Shown: positions 11,369-23,859 of the stretch, piece by piece | Position numbering within the stretch: the first letter of the stretch is position 1 | How the letters are laid out: every line of letters begins with the position of its first letter | NCBI GenBank assembly: GCA_002269645.1 | Contig: NIVC01004953.1 | Coordinates: 1 to 30,313 of the forward strand | DNA length: 30,313 nt | Reading direction: 5' to 3' | Origin: Macrostomum lignano | Taxonomy: Eukaryota | The notes under the pieces: generated by a model | Told to the model about the DNA's origin: nothing | The model's database searches: none | Seen by the model: the letters and a program-made list of their open reading frames with translations, nothing else | Position numbers and translations under genes: made by a program

Positions 11369-13305
11369 CTCTCTGGGTCTGCTTCCCAAAGGGTTCCATC
11401 CCTGTGGGTCATCCCGCTGCAAATGCTGCACCCACTCACCGCATGTTCTCTCCAACTACTCCAAGCTACACAACTCGGGGAGTGTGAATTTGCCTGCCAG
11501 CTGCAGTTGCAACAGACGCAACAAGTCGCTTTGAAGAACCAGGCCGGAGCTGCAATAGAAGGCCGCGTTGATAACTCGCATATCGCAGATCCTTAAGGCT
11601 GCGTGCAGCAGGTCCTATAGTGTTTTAGCATAGTTTTTATGTTGCCTACTGATCTCTCAAAGACACAGACAACGCAAGATGTACAGCATTCCATACACTG
11701 ACTCCATTGAAACATCCGACGTCACAGACCATATGCTTTGCTCTACTTCTCGCAGACAATTAGGGGTGTGTCCAAAATCGAGTTCCGTTGTGACAGCGAT
11801 GCTGATCCATCTTATCCGTAGATTGTGAATAACGTGCAAGACGCGTTTGGCGCAAGGAATGACCAACTTCCTTTGAATATTTTGGCCCAGCCTTTCATTC
11901 ATAAAATCCACCGTTAAATTTACGAACCGACCACTCTGAAAGTTCTACCAAAATTAACTTTGCCAACCTTGTGACTTACTAAATAGAAATAACGATAGGA
12001 AACTTCATTTAAAATAATTATAGCAAGTAAAAAATTCTGCGGTTTATACTTTTTTAAATTAATACATAACTTGAAATATTTAGGACTATATCTGTATGCG
12101 AATATGAGAGCTAGTGCAGAGTTTTCACAAGAGTACAGAAATGCTTTGCTGTCTCAAGGGATTTGTAAGCACCTCACTGAAAAGTCCTACACAGTCTACA
12201 TAGTTTAAGCTCTTACGGCTGTAGTGGACTTCTTTCTTCTGTAACGAGTGCAGCTGCCTTTGTCAACTGAGGGTTTGTAATACCGTCCATAAATTCCAGA
12301 TATCGACTCTGTTGAGCTAGCTAATTGCCTACCGAGCTGGAGAGTCCAGAAGCGAGAGCACTTCAACCGCTACGCAACTGAGCTTTAACAAACAAATCGA
12401 TTGCAGCCGGAGCCATTGAATCGATTATAGGGATCCAACACTCTATCGAAAGCAGTCTCCATTGTTTGTCTAAAGCATATTTACCTGCCAATATGCAAAT
12501 CGATATATACAGCATTTATAACCTAGAGGATGCTGCCACTGTGTAGATAGGCTCAATGCTATATTTGCAATGAAAACTTGAATTGTGAAAAGAATTAATC
12601 GCTTCAAATATATCGTAAATCTTTTCAGCACTTTTTAGATAGACGGTATGTAAATACCGACTGGTCCCAATACATGTGCAGGGCCAAAAGAATATCATGA
12701 TTGAGGGGAACCTTTAATTCAATAGAAATATTTTCTACTGGTCTGGGCGTATCTTATACGCTTCAATCAGCTGAGTATTAAATTTTTTATTCAGGACAAG
12801 AACAACTATATTTTAGTGCATTTAAATAATAGATTATAGAAAGGACAGTGCTCAACTAGTCTTTAAGACGTTTTATAGTTGTCCCAAACTATAAACTATA
12901 AAATAACATTTCTATTTTACGAGACTTTTTACTCAAAGTACATGAGGGCACAGAGTGTGTAATCGAAGTGTGCTTCAGCGAGTGTGTCTCACGGTGACAA
13001 AGCCAGAGGCCATTTTACACAATGTGCGAGAGTGTGCCTGCGTACGTTTTCATTAGTGTCAGTGCAGATGGGTCAGTGGAATAGGCATATGACTGCTTTG
13101 CCTCCTCGATCGCTGGCTGCCTAATTTGCGGCACTTTCCAGTCTAATCCCTTCAAACTTTGACTTAATAAGGAAGAGCTTTTAAAGCTCGTTCGCGATAC
13201 CACGAAAGGAGACGAAATTGCGATAGCACGAATTGTGAAAAGATTTTGTACCTTTTTACCGTACGGCAGTTCCTTGATCTAATGCTTTATTTTATGTCCA
13301 TTATT

Positions 13306-14557
13306 CTATAGTAAAAACAAGCCGATGATGGCAGCAGTAGCAACCACTCCGAACAGCAAGATGAGCCTTTCGATTGCGCGTGCCGCTACCACCCAGTCTG
13401 AATCGAATTCCCTGGCTTCTCCGGCAACCTCCAAGGCACTTCTATCGGCTATGCCGAAACCCTCCAACGGTTTCTGGCCGACCCGTGGTGACGTTGCAGT
13501 ACTGACGCGGAGCAGTCGGCCCAGGCATCGAACAAAGACCGCCCGAGCGCATTCTGGCATGCGGCTGCCCTCCGGCCTGTAGTGGAACAGCATGACCAGC
13601 GATGTCAGCAGCAGCGACACGGTGGACAGCACCATGGCGGCCGTGATGAACAGGGCAATGGCGGGCAGCTTTTGCGACTTCGGCAGGATTCCGTCCAGAA
13701 GCAGCAAGAACACAGTGTAGCTGAGCATGATTGTGATGCCGAATCCCAGCTTCTCACCGGACTCCAGGGGTACAAAGTACACCAACACCTGGAGCAAAGT
13801 CAACAGCAGCAAAGGCGTGATGATGTTGATGAAATAGTACGTTGACACTCGCTTTAATTGCAATCTCAGTATGAACGCTGGGAATGCAGTCTCATGTGCA
13901 TCCAATACGTGGTAAAGTTTCTTTTCAAAGTGTGTGGTGGCATTGGTCAGAATCCATTCGTTGCTCGGATTGTAGATTCCCTGCACACGTAGAGGGGCCG
14001 TGCTCGGAACAGGAATGATTGAATCGAGATAGCCTTGATTATGGTAAATAAATAACAGCTCGCAAACATGCTGATCGTATGGAAAGTCAACCATGCTAAA
14101 CTCGCAATAAAACTCGAACTCCCGGCGCCAGTATGCTGTGACTATGGTCAGCGTTGGCCTTAACGATAACAATGCAACAGGGATCTGAGGCACGAGAACT
14201 TGGTCCTCGCCGTTGCCATTGTATATCATGATTGTCGGATACCAGATATGCGCTGGGTCCCAGCGAGTGAGCTGGGTGCACCAAAGTCGGCAGGATTCCA
14301 CACGAGTCGCTCCTCCTCCCAGCTGGCTTGAAAGTAGGCAGATATCCTCAAGTTTGCTTGGCGGTGTCCACTGAGACCAGATGGCTGACCATGATGTCCG
14401 TAGCTACTTTAATAGTTTTGGTCTTATTAATTCGCGGCAGTATGAAAGGACTGTAGTTTTTTATGGTTTGCTTAAGATGTTGCATCAGCAGGACATCGAA
14501 ATCGGTTGCTGCTGAATATCTGAAGAGAGAAGCGATTAGGATTACTTGAAAAAACAT
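13306..14557 (-). pseudogene. Cys-loop receptor array copy 3, two 1-bp frameshifts (pseudogene or sequencing error)
   Basis: ORFs 14348-14557 (signal peptide, ...VSVDTAKQT) and 13306-14301 join into a full subunit if one base is restored at about 14351 (ACT[T]TG) and one at about 14279 (GGTG[G]C). Cys-loop CEFSMVDFPYDQHVC. The C-terminus ends slightly early (GLFLL*). Confidence 0.85.
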
Positions 14558-17394
14558 CCTTGTTGCAGTCCTAGAAAGTGTTTTGACTGAGGTCTATTGG
14601 TTAAACGAGAATCTTTCCTATCAATGTATCAACGAAAAAGTATTTCTGTGCTTGCTTTGCTTAGGTATACTCACCAAGGTTGGTTCAAATATTTTATAGT
14701 CAAGATCCAATCGATACGATGACGAATAATTTTGAGTACCAAAAACACGCTGTACTGATAGTAGTATGTTCCGCAGCTGCGTGGCATGGCATAGCATAGC
14801 GCAAACATTGTTATTGCATTTGACTGGAGGCAGACCTAATGTTCATCTTCAGGGACTTCTTAAACTAGTTTAAGTAGTCCCTGGTTCATCTTTTGATATT
14901 TTGCCTTTCGTATACATGTTACAAGATCCTAATATGCTTAGAAAATTAGGATTCTACATGTATGTTAAATTGATGTTCTTAGTACATTTCCTGTGCCCTA
15001 AGAGTTATAAAAATGGCCTAGCTCGACTTATTAGTTTTATGAATATCTTTTTTACCATTCTCAGCTTCTGACTATGTAACAAAAATTTTAACAGGATGAG
15101 TTGAGCGGTGCTATTTTTATAATTTTTCGGAATGGAACATGTCAGTAGGATATGTAATTAACATTTATCCTAAATTCTCAGTTCACAGCCTCAAATCTTA
15201 GGTTTTAGACGAAATTTCCAGGATATCGTCATATCTACAGTACAAATATGTGGCTATTAGCTACATCAATTCTGTTCAGTCTTGTATTATCTTTCAGGGG
15301 TATCTGATGTTAAGTCTGTCTGGCTCCATCTGTATTTTTTAGTTTATATTTTAAAACCATATTCCACTTCATGTAATTCAACTGACAGACACATAGAAAG
15401 TAATCAAACGTTTGCTCTTAATTACCCGTAAGCGTGCCCCTTTAGGGGGTGACGTTTACGGTGGTCAATAGCTGGTCGGGCACCGGTCTCTCCCTTGCTC
15501 TGAACACTTTTTGCGTCATGTATTCTTTATTTCCGTCGCCCCGCTCCCTCTTCGTCCCTCTGCCATGCGCGCACCCACCTCCCCCGATATGGTTTTAAGG
15601 TCTTCTAGCGTTGTGTCGGCTCGTCTTGTCTGTTTGCGCAGAGTCAAGTTTTATCCTCTGTGGTGTCTTTTATCCTTATTCATAATGGCGATCGCTTTTT
15701 CCTTAATCGTTGCTGATAGCTTATTTTACTCTTTTCGTCGAAATATTATGTCCCAAGTCTATAGGGTTTTATGGGGCTTGCGTGCCTCGCTCCCCCACGT
15801 TGGTGTTTGCGTCAGGCTGCTTTCGTGCTCCGAACGTGGAATTAACATCGGCGATAAGGAAACGTCAGTGTTGATGAGGTGGTAAGACTGCATGTACGAG
15901 CACAAGAACTGCCACCGATTCTTAGAAAAGAGGCTATAGGGGACATAGCGACATGGTATACACATGTATTGATGACTGACCGATGTAACTGTACCCCTAC
16001 GTTAGAGTACATAGAAATGAAGACCTCTCATACCAGAAAAGCATGAGTTTAATATGTGGTTACTACCGGAAATTTTTATTGGGTGAATCCCTAGCTCTTT
16101 AGTAAGACTCTCTAGGACTCAATGCGATTCAGACAAAATCTGCCACGGAGCTAAATGCACTGCTGCAAAATCACATGGACCCAAGCCTACCTACCTGCAT
16201 TCAAACTTCGCAACTTGTAGCTCGATTTGTATTTTTTCGATTTTTTGTACCTATTCATGTTTGATCAGGAAAAATTTGATGTAATTATAACTCCCTGTCT
16301 AATATTTACATGTTACATATGTAATTTGCATCTGTAATTCCTGCCTCTCTGCCTCAAAAAAGCTTTTTAAGGGATAATTTTTAACAGTACGTGTTTAAAT
16401 GGAAGCTTGAATTCTGATTTGATTTTGAATTGTGGCCGATTTCTGTTGCCAAGTTCGGAAGTTCTGAGGACTTCGGTATTCGATGTAGGCAGAGCCGTCT
16501 GACTCGCCCCGCGACCCCCGGGATCGGTTCAGTACGCGGCCACATGCATATCGGGCCTGTGCACGAAAGTTGGCCCAGGGGGTTGTCCTGCGATTCTCGC
16601 CCACATGCGGGCCAAACCCCAAGGCGCAGAGGGTGTACATCCCCTGACGATTAGAAAGTCAAAAAGGCCCTGTGTGAGCGTGTGCACGAATGCGTGCCTG
16701 CTTACAGTATTAGCGCGCTTGTGTGTGCTCAGGACTCGGCGGAATGGCCAGAATTGCCTCAGAATTGCAGAAGAGCAGTATAGTGGATGAAGCCACAACC
16801 CTTTGTAATTATTATTAATAATAATCTTGTTATAGGGAGAGCACTTAATCTTTCCTCTCCTAGCTACCATCAATTAACTAGCTAGGAAGAACTTAATTAA
16901 TTATACACGGTTTCTGCTCTCGCTGAAATACAGACTGTTTACTCTGCAACTGAAGCAGATTTAGCGCCCAGCATGGCAACTGGACGAACGGGCCGCATTG
17001 CTCGCTATTCAAATATTTGCCCAAACGTTAATTGCATTAGCAAAACGCCTAGCCTATTTCCATTGCCTGCATTTCGCGCTTGACTAGTGCGTATCCAATG
17101 GCAACGGTGACTAGTTACTTTCGTTTATTCAAGCCCTTCCGCGATTGGCATTAGCCTATGCATGAAAAAATTGATCACGCATGTTTCACTACAGATCTAT
17201 CTAGTCACTGCCCAAGAAGGCCCGGGGATCAATGCCTGTTTCCTAAATTCAGAGCTAAAAAATTCCGAAAATTCAATTCAGAAGATTATTCAGAAAATAA
17301 AACAAAACCATTGCAAAGAGTATCAATGAATATGGTAGTCAATAGAATGCCAATGCCTTTCATAAGCATTCAAATCTCAGTTATTCAAGTTTCA

Positions 17395-18714
17395 TTAAGA
17401 GAACTGAAGATACGGCCCCATCAGAAAGACTACAATTATGATGGCGGTAGCAACCACTCCTAACAGCGACAAGAATCTCTCGATAGCGCGGGTGGCCACC
17501 ACCCAGTCTGAATCGACCGATTTCTCTTCCGCCGTAGGCGGTTTCCGCACGCAGTTGCCATCGCCCTCAGCTTCAGCCGGACTCTGCTGGCCCACCTGTG
17601 GCGCCGCTGACGCAGAGCAGGCGGCCCAGGCATCGAACAAAGGCCGCCCGAGCGCATTCCGGCATGCGGCTGCCCTCCGGCCTGTAGTGGAACAGCATGG
17701 TCAGCGATGTCAGCAGCAGCGACACGGTGGACAGCACCATGGCGGCCGTGATGAACAGGGCAATGGCGGGCATCTTCTGCGACTTCGGCAGATTCCGTCC
17801 AGAGCAGCAAGAACACAGTGTAGCTGAGCATGATTGTGATGCCGAATCCCAGCTTCTCACCGGACTCCAGGGGTACAAAGTACACCAACACCTGGAGCAA
17901 AGTCAACAGCAGCAAAGGCGTGATGATGTTGATGAAATAGTACGTTGACACTCGCTACAAGTGCAATCGCAGAACAAAGTTCGAAGTTCGGTCTCGTTAT
18001 GTCCTTCGATTATAAAATATTTTTTGGTTTCCAAATCTGCTGTTGCAATTTTCAATATCCACTCGTTGCTAGGCTTGTAAATTCCTGTCACCCGCATGGG
18101 CATTGCGCTGCGAACAGGCCGCATTGCATCAGGATTGGCCTGAGTTGCAAGGAAGAACAGCAGCTCGCAAGTGTGCTGGTCGTACGGAAAGTCGGACATG
18201 TTGAATTGGCAAAAAAATTCGAACTCCCGGCGCCAGGATGAAGCAACCGTCGTCACGCTTGAATTTTTAGAAGCAGTGTAAGTAGGAATCCGAGGAATCA
18301 GAATCTGTTCATCGCCGTTGTTGTATGTCATGATGATTTAGGTGTACCAGGAATTCTGTTCATCGCCGTTACCGTTGTATGTCATGATGATTGGGTACCA
18401 AATTTTCGCTGGGTCCCAGCTAGTAGAACTGACGCCACCAAAGTCGGCAGGATTCCACACGAGTCGCTCCTCCTCCCAGCTGGCTTAAACGTAGGCAGCG
18501 ATTTTGATGTTCTGCTTGGCAGTGTCCACTGAGACAAATGGGCTGACCATGATGTGAAACGACACGTTGACTTTCTTTGTCTTGTTTAATATTGGCAGAA
18601 TCATTGGCTGTAGTTTGCAATTTTGTTGTTTAGGTGCTGCATTAGCAGGACATCGAAATCAGTAGCTAGTGTCGAGGCTAAAAGCGAAACCAGCAGTATG
18701 AATGAGAATAGCAT
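17395..18714 (-). pseudogene. Cys-loop receptor array copy 4, multiply disrupted
   Basis: Start MLFSFILLVSLLASTLATDFDVLL at 18714. Lesions: 1-bp losses at about 18606, 17983, 17803 and 17791; in-frame stops at 18485-18487 (TAA) and 17955-17957 (TAG); an imperfect duplication of about 51 bp at 18304-18392 carrying a TAA. Cys-loop CQFNMSDFPYDQHTC. Confidence 0.88.
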
Positions 18715-18968
18715 TTTATGTCTCATTTTCCAGTGCATTGCTGATCGCATTGACAACTGGTACGTCTGATAAAATAGTTTTAATGCCGTTTCACCCCGAC
18801 CAACTACAGGTTGGGCTCAAAGATCGCCTGAAAATCCGTTTGCTACTGAAATTCGATTGGACAGATAGCTTTCATCAATATGAAAGCATAAAGCAGCGCC
18901 AGTGTTATCACATTTCTAGCGAGATATTTGATAAATATTGGCTTGAAAAAAATAGACTTGCTTTTTTT

Positions 18969-20884
18969 CAAGCCAATTGAGCTAGGAGCAAGAAATTTAA
19001 TCCTTAGTGGGAAGATCAAGCTATTGAAGACAATTGCTTTTCATTGTCTAGCAATTTGACGATCATTATTCACATTTTTAATGCAGAACAATCCATTACT
19101 ACAAGCAATGCATTTTCTTTAGGATCGTCAAATAGAAAAACAATGCAAAGAATCAGCGGTCGCAGCACGTGGCAACGATTTGTCTATGGCTCGCGCCTAC
19201 CGGCGCTCGCCAGACAATCGTTGTCACGCACTGGGACCGCTGATTATTTATCCATTGTCTATGGCCCGAAAGGGGGTCCATGGAACAACCAATTTGAGAA
19301 TTTGGGCGCGCTATTAATCCTTTCCACAGTTGCGCAAGCCTTAGACCATAGAAAATAACAGATTTCATTAGACAAACATAGACATGGCAGACGAAGAATT
19401 TAGCGAGCAGAGCAGTGACGAAAGTTTTGCTACAGCCCAAGATGGAGTAGATGAGCAGAATCCTGCAGGGCGAGAACCCTATCGCAAGATAAGCAACGAA
19501 AAGTACGACCTGATTATCGCTGCCATCGATAGAGGTGATAGTGCTGAGCACATTTCGCGATAGCTGGACGTAAAGAGAAAAACAGTTTATTCTATCAGGC
19601 GTCGCTATGAAACCACGGGACGCCGGGACCGCACACGACGGGGTGGAGATCGAGCATCGAAACTGGAAGAGAAACACATCCAACTACTTCTTTCATCACT
19701 GGATATCATCCTCTAATGACGTTGAAAGAGTTGCGACGCAAGTTGACTGACACCTATCCAGGCCGAAGTGAGTACTACAGCTGTAAGCCAGACCTTGGAC
19801 AAACAGCTGATTACATTGAAGTGCCTTGGTCGAGACGCCGATGTGCCAGTGGTCAGGAATAGTCCTGAATATCGGGCACGCCGACGAGAATTTTCTCACT
19901 GGTTCACTGGTGTTCCACTTGAACATCACCTCATCTATGTTGATGAGACCGGTTTCAACATTTGAACTCGCCGGTCCCAAGGACGCAGCAGACGTGGCCA
20001 GCGAGTCCGACGTGTTTTGCACACGCAACGTGGGGTTCAGGTCAATTTCCTGCAGGCAGTGGCACCAAATTTCGGCTTGGTACACCACAAGATTGTCGGT
20101 CACACACTGACTTCAAACGTGTTTCAAGCATTTGTCGAAAGAGCTGCTCCATGCTGTCAACAATCGAGATGATGTAGACAATGCCGAGAACTTCTTAGTA
20201 ACCATTGATGGCGCTCGCTTCCATAGCGGCTGAGGATCCCCAGCAGTTTGAGCTGAACTGGCAGGTTGTAGTACTGCCTCCATATTCTCCATTCTGAACC
20301 CGACCGAGTGTGCGCATTCCTGTTTGAAGGCGGCCATCAAGCGGCAGCTTGCACAGCCACAGGTGCAAATCGAATTGGACAATCCACCGCCAGAGACAAC
20401 ACTGCTCGAGTGGTGCGTACTCGTTCTTCATCGGATTGCGGAGGAGACAACGGCTGAGATCACAGAGGCCAAATGCGGTGGCTGGTTTCGGCAGATGCTT
20501 CGCTTCATCCCGCACTGCTTAAACGAGGAAGAAATTCTCTGAACATTGATCGGGTTTGGTTTCAATCTGTCCAACACTGTTTTGAGAGACACGATTGTTC
20601 TCGGCTTATACTGTATGCCATGGTTTTTCCTTTGCCTGTTTGATTGGTTTCTCTGAAATCAAAGTGTTAATGTCAATCGTTTCTTGATATGCCATCTATT
20701 TGCAGACGTTATTTCAGTAAAGTTATTCGTGAAGGATATACGAGCACTGTGAAAAGGATTAATTCTCAAATTGGTTGCTCCATAGTCCCCATTTTTTGGG
20801 CCATAGACAATGAAAAGCAAGTGTTCAATAGCTTGATTCTCCCAATAAGGATTAAACTGCTTGCTCCTAGGCTCAATTGGCTTG
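18969..20884 (+). mobile_element. Decayed IS630/Tc1/mariner DNA transposon with imperfect inverted repeats
   Basis: Inverted repeats: 18969-19050 plus 19253-19328 match the reverse complement of about 20750-20884 (caagccaattgagc..., cattgtctatggccc..., caaccaatttgagaat). A transposase remnant lies inside. Outer ends may extend a few tens of bp further. Confidence 0.85.
19384..20542 (+). pseudogene. DDE (IS630/Tc1-like) transposase pseudogene
   Basis: ATG at 19384. HTH-like segment (AEHISR*LDVKRKTVYSIRRRY...RGG), IYVDETGFNI (first D), IDGARFH (second D), LPPYSP-LNPTE (E). Several stops and frameshifts. Confidence 0.88.
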
Positions 20885-21900
20885 GAAACTTCTATACTAA
20901 ATTTGATTTATCATTTGGCCGTCAGGCTTTTTACAATATTGCAGCTCCCCTCAAAATGCATGTTTAATCCTCTAAAGAGAGCATAGACATAACGATTTTC
21001 CAGGATAATACGAGCGTATTGAATCCCGGAAATCCCGGAATGGAAGTAATGTAAATCGTTATATCTATGTTTTATATGGAGCTTTAGTTCTATGTCTATA
21101 GTTATAAGCTTGTAATTGGACTGAAGTGGTGCTGTTCCCCAGGGTTTTTTGGTTCTGTAGGGTAAAATACAGACTCAGTTTTTTTTTCTTCATCTAAATT
21201 AGATATTTCTTCAAGATTTAACACACATTAACACAACACACACCATTACCCTCGTATATCCTTTACATAAAGCAATAGGAGTGGAGCTAGTATAATACTT
21301 CCCATTTACAATATTTTGTAATCTAGCGAGCAAGGACTCGAATGTCTTTGTCCCTGGACAACTAAGGTAAAATAATTGACGAATTATGTGTACCCCACTG
21401 TCCCCCTAAGAAGTTAAAACAAAAACAAAATGCGCTGTCAGAGTTCTTAGATGGCAGCGTCACAAGGTCACAATTAGAAGCGTCACATAAATCTGATATA
21501 TTCGTAAAATATCGAATGTATTATTTCAAAGATTTAGCTAGGACAGAAAATTTTATGAAGATAGCGTTGAGAAAAAATTTATATTTAAGCGAAAGGATAA
21601 TGTCCAATAGAGTTTATTTAGATAGAGCATAATTGTGTGCAGCTGAGATTATAAACATTTCTTGGGCGTGAATACGAACAAAGATCACAGCGAGGGTACA
21701 AGTTGAAGACCAGTAAACTCCAATTATCGACTGATTTTCACCTCCTCAAATGTGTGAAAAAATTAAAACAATAATTTTCAAAAATAAGGCTCACTCTGAG
21801 TTATCAGTGGGTTAAATTTCGAGCAAGATTATTTAAACAAACAGTCTTAAATTCACTGCGCGTTGATAGCTCGTAGATTCCTCTTACGCTCGTAAACAGC

Positions 21901-23205
21901 TTAGTCTTGATTTTGAATCATGGGTTTCAAAACAAACACTCCGATGATTGCAGCTGTGGCGAAAACTCCCAGAGCCACCATCAGCCTCTCAATCGCGTAG
22001 GAAGCCACAATCCATTCCGACTTCGCCACGGGAGCTGAGTCGGCCATCTTGCGCACACTGGACTCACTTGCCGTTGCGTAAGCAGTCGGAGTCTCACTGT
22101 CCTGCGCACTGGACGAGCCGTTCACGCAGAACACGCGTCCAAGGAATCGGACAAAGAAGCCTCGGGCACATGCGGGCATCTTGGTGCCCTCCGGAGCGTA
22201 GTGAAATCGCATGATTAGCGAAGTTAACAGCAGTGACACCGTTGACAGGATCATGGCAGACGTGATGAACGATGCAATAGCTGGTGTTGACTGCGACTTC
22301 GGCAGGATGCCGTCCAGAAGCAGCAGAAACACGGTATAACTGAGCATGATTGTGATGCCGAATCCCAGTTTCTCGCCGGATTCGAGTGGTACAAAGTACA
22401 CCAGCACTTGAAGCAGAGTCAACAGCAACAGCGGAGTGATTACGCTTATCAAATAGTACGTTGAAACTCTTTTAAACTGCACCCTGATGATATAAGATGG
22501 GAGAATTTGCTTCGCAGCTACTCCGCGAATCAAATTGTAAGCCCTATATTCAGCTTTTGAGGATGCATTCACCAATGTCCACTCGCTGCTCTCTGTGTAT
22601 AGCGCCTTTATATCGAATGGGTGATTGGTCTTCGCTATTGGAATTACCATCGAATTTCCGTGCCCCTGGTCGCTGAAGAAGAACTCCAACTCGCAGTCGT
22701 GCTGATCCCAAGGGAATTTTGACACGTCAAATTGGCAGGCGAATTCGAACTCGCGACGCCACATTGCAGTAACTTGCGTACTGTTCACTGTTGTCGACAA
22801 AAGATCTACCGGCATCTGCGGCGCGAGAACCTGTCCGTCTCCAATGCCATTATACACCATGATAACAGGAAACCAGACCTCTGACGCGTCCCGGTTAATC
22901 ACTTTCACGCCGCCAAACTTTTTCGGATCCCAAACCAGTCGCTCCTCCTCCCACACAGCCTGAATGAATGCTGATATTTTTATGCTCTGCTTTGCCGTGT
23001 CTACAGACACAATCTGAGACAGAAGCGAGTCCATCACGATTTGGATCACCTTGTCCTGGTTAATTCTTGGTAACAGATTCGGGCTGAAATAGCTGATGTT
23101 GTTCTTTAAATACGTGTCAAGTTCACCCTCGAAGTCCTGCTGTCCCTGGACACCAGCCGCTGTCAGCAATAGTGTGATGACAGTCACAAATAGAGCCGGC
23201 GTCAT
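21901..23205 (-). CDS. Cys-loop ligand-gated ion channel subunit, nAChR-like non-alpha (array copy 5, intact, 434 aa)
   Basis: Uninterrupted ORF with signal peptide MTPALFVTVITLLLTAAGVQG, Cys-loop CQFDVSKFPWDQHDC, same M2, four TM helices. Confidence 0.94.
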   Translation of the reverse strand: MTPALFVTVITLLLTAAGVQGQQDFEGELDTYLKNNISYFSPNLLPRINQDKVIQIVMDSLLSQIVSVDTAKQSIKISAFIQAVWEEERLVWDPKKFGGVKVINRDASEVWFPVIMVYNGIGDGQVLAPQMPVDLLSTTVNSTQVTAMWRREFEFACQFDVSKFPWDQHDCELEFFFSDQGHGNSMVIPIAKTNHPFDIKALYTESSEWTLVNASSKAEYRAYNLIRGVAAKQILPSYIIRVQFKRVSTYYLISVITPLLLLTLLQVLVYFVPLESGEKLGFGITIMLSYTVFLLLLDGILPKSQSTPAIASFITSAMILSTVSLLLTSLIMRFHYAPEGTKMPACARGFFVRFLGRVFCVNGSSSAQDSETPTAYATASESSVRKMADSAPVAKSEWIVASYAIERLMVALGVFATAAIIGVFVLKPMIQNQD

Positions 23206-23838
23206 GTTTATCAGCTAGCTATGCTTTGGTATGCCTCGGTTCTCAAGAGAAATTCAATCAAACTTTGGTTATAAATATGGAGTTTGTCCAAACAATGGAT
23301 TTGTTTCATGATTGGCTTGCTGTGTGGCTTCTGACGCGAGCCACACGCATACAGTATGCATATTTGAGTGGTGCTCCTAACACAACGCTTACCTGAGTGG
23401 TGAAAACTGTGCAAGTTGATTGATTGATCAGATTAGGAGAAGCAAGCAAACGGGCGCACGCAGTATATAGTAGAGCTGCTTTAATTATTAATTCTGCTAA
23501 AAATAAAATGAAAGTCATGATTGAAAGCTTTCCATATAACGTCCAAACCAATTTTAGTGGCACTTTTACTCGTAGTGCCTTTAATTTCTATTGTTAATTG
23601 CTTTGCTATCGCAACAATGAGTGGGTACGAATGAAAGTTGGACGGACGAGCCAAGCCAAATAAGCGCATATTAACAACGAATACCGGATATTCGGTGCCT
23701 GGTTTTACTGTGTACTGGAGTGTTAGTGCCTGCGGTTAAATTTACTCATTGAATTTACTGATGCTATTTGTTTGATGAGTGGAATTAATGTGGATTGTGA
23801 AATGCTTGGGGTTTTTCGGGGTGGCCTGGAAGGTCTTT

Positions 23839-23858
23839 GAATCCCACCGCTGCCACCA
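23839..23858 (-). other. Primer-binding site complementary to the tRNA-Leu 3' end
   Basis: The + strand GAATCCCACCGCTGCCACCA equals, as I recall it, the 3' end of metazoan tRNA-Leu(AAG/TAG) including CCA. On the - strand, TGGTGGCAGCGGTGGGATTC begins 1 nt after the LTR-terminal CA. Confidence 0.8.
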
Positions 23859-23859
23859 G

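Noticed and set aside
11370-11911. Coding-like GC-richer segment and 84-aa ORF between copies 2 and 3
   Set aside because: No frame gave a recognisable motif, and it does not resemble a receptor fragment.
15430-16910. GC-richer blocks that could be LTR or non-LTR remnants (TGTGGC at 16430 / GCCACA at 16792; ATT/TAA run near 16810)
   Set aside because: No target-site duplication, PBS or coding motif. Probably repeat-derived but not classifiable by eye.
23839-23858. tRNA-Leu gene
   Set aside because: Only the 3' 20 nt match, and they include CCA, which eukaryotic tRNA genes do not normally encode. The position next to an LTR end identifies a PBS.
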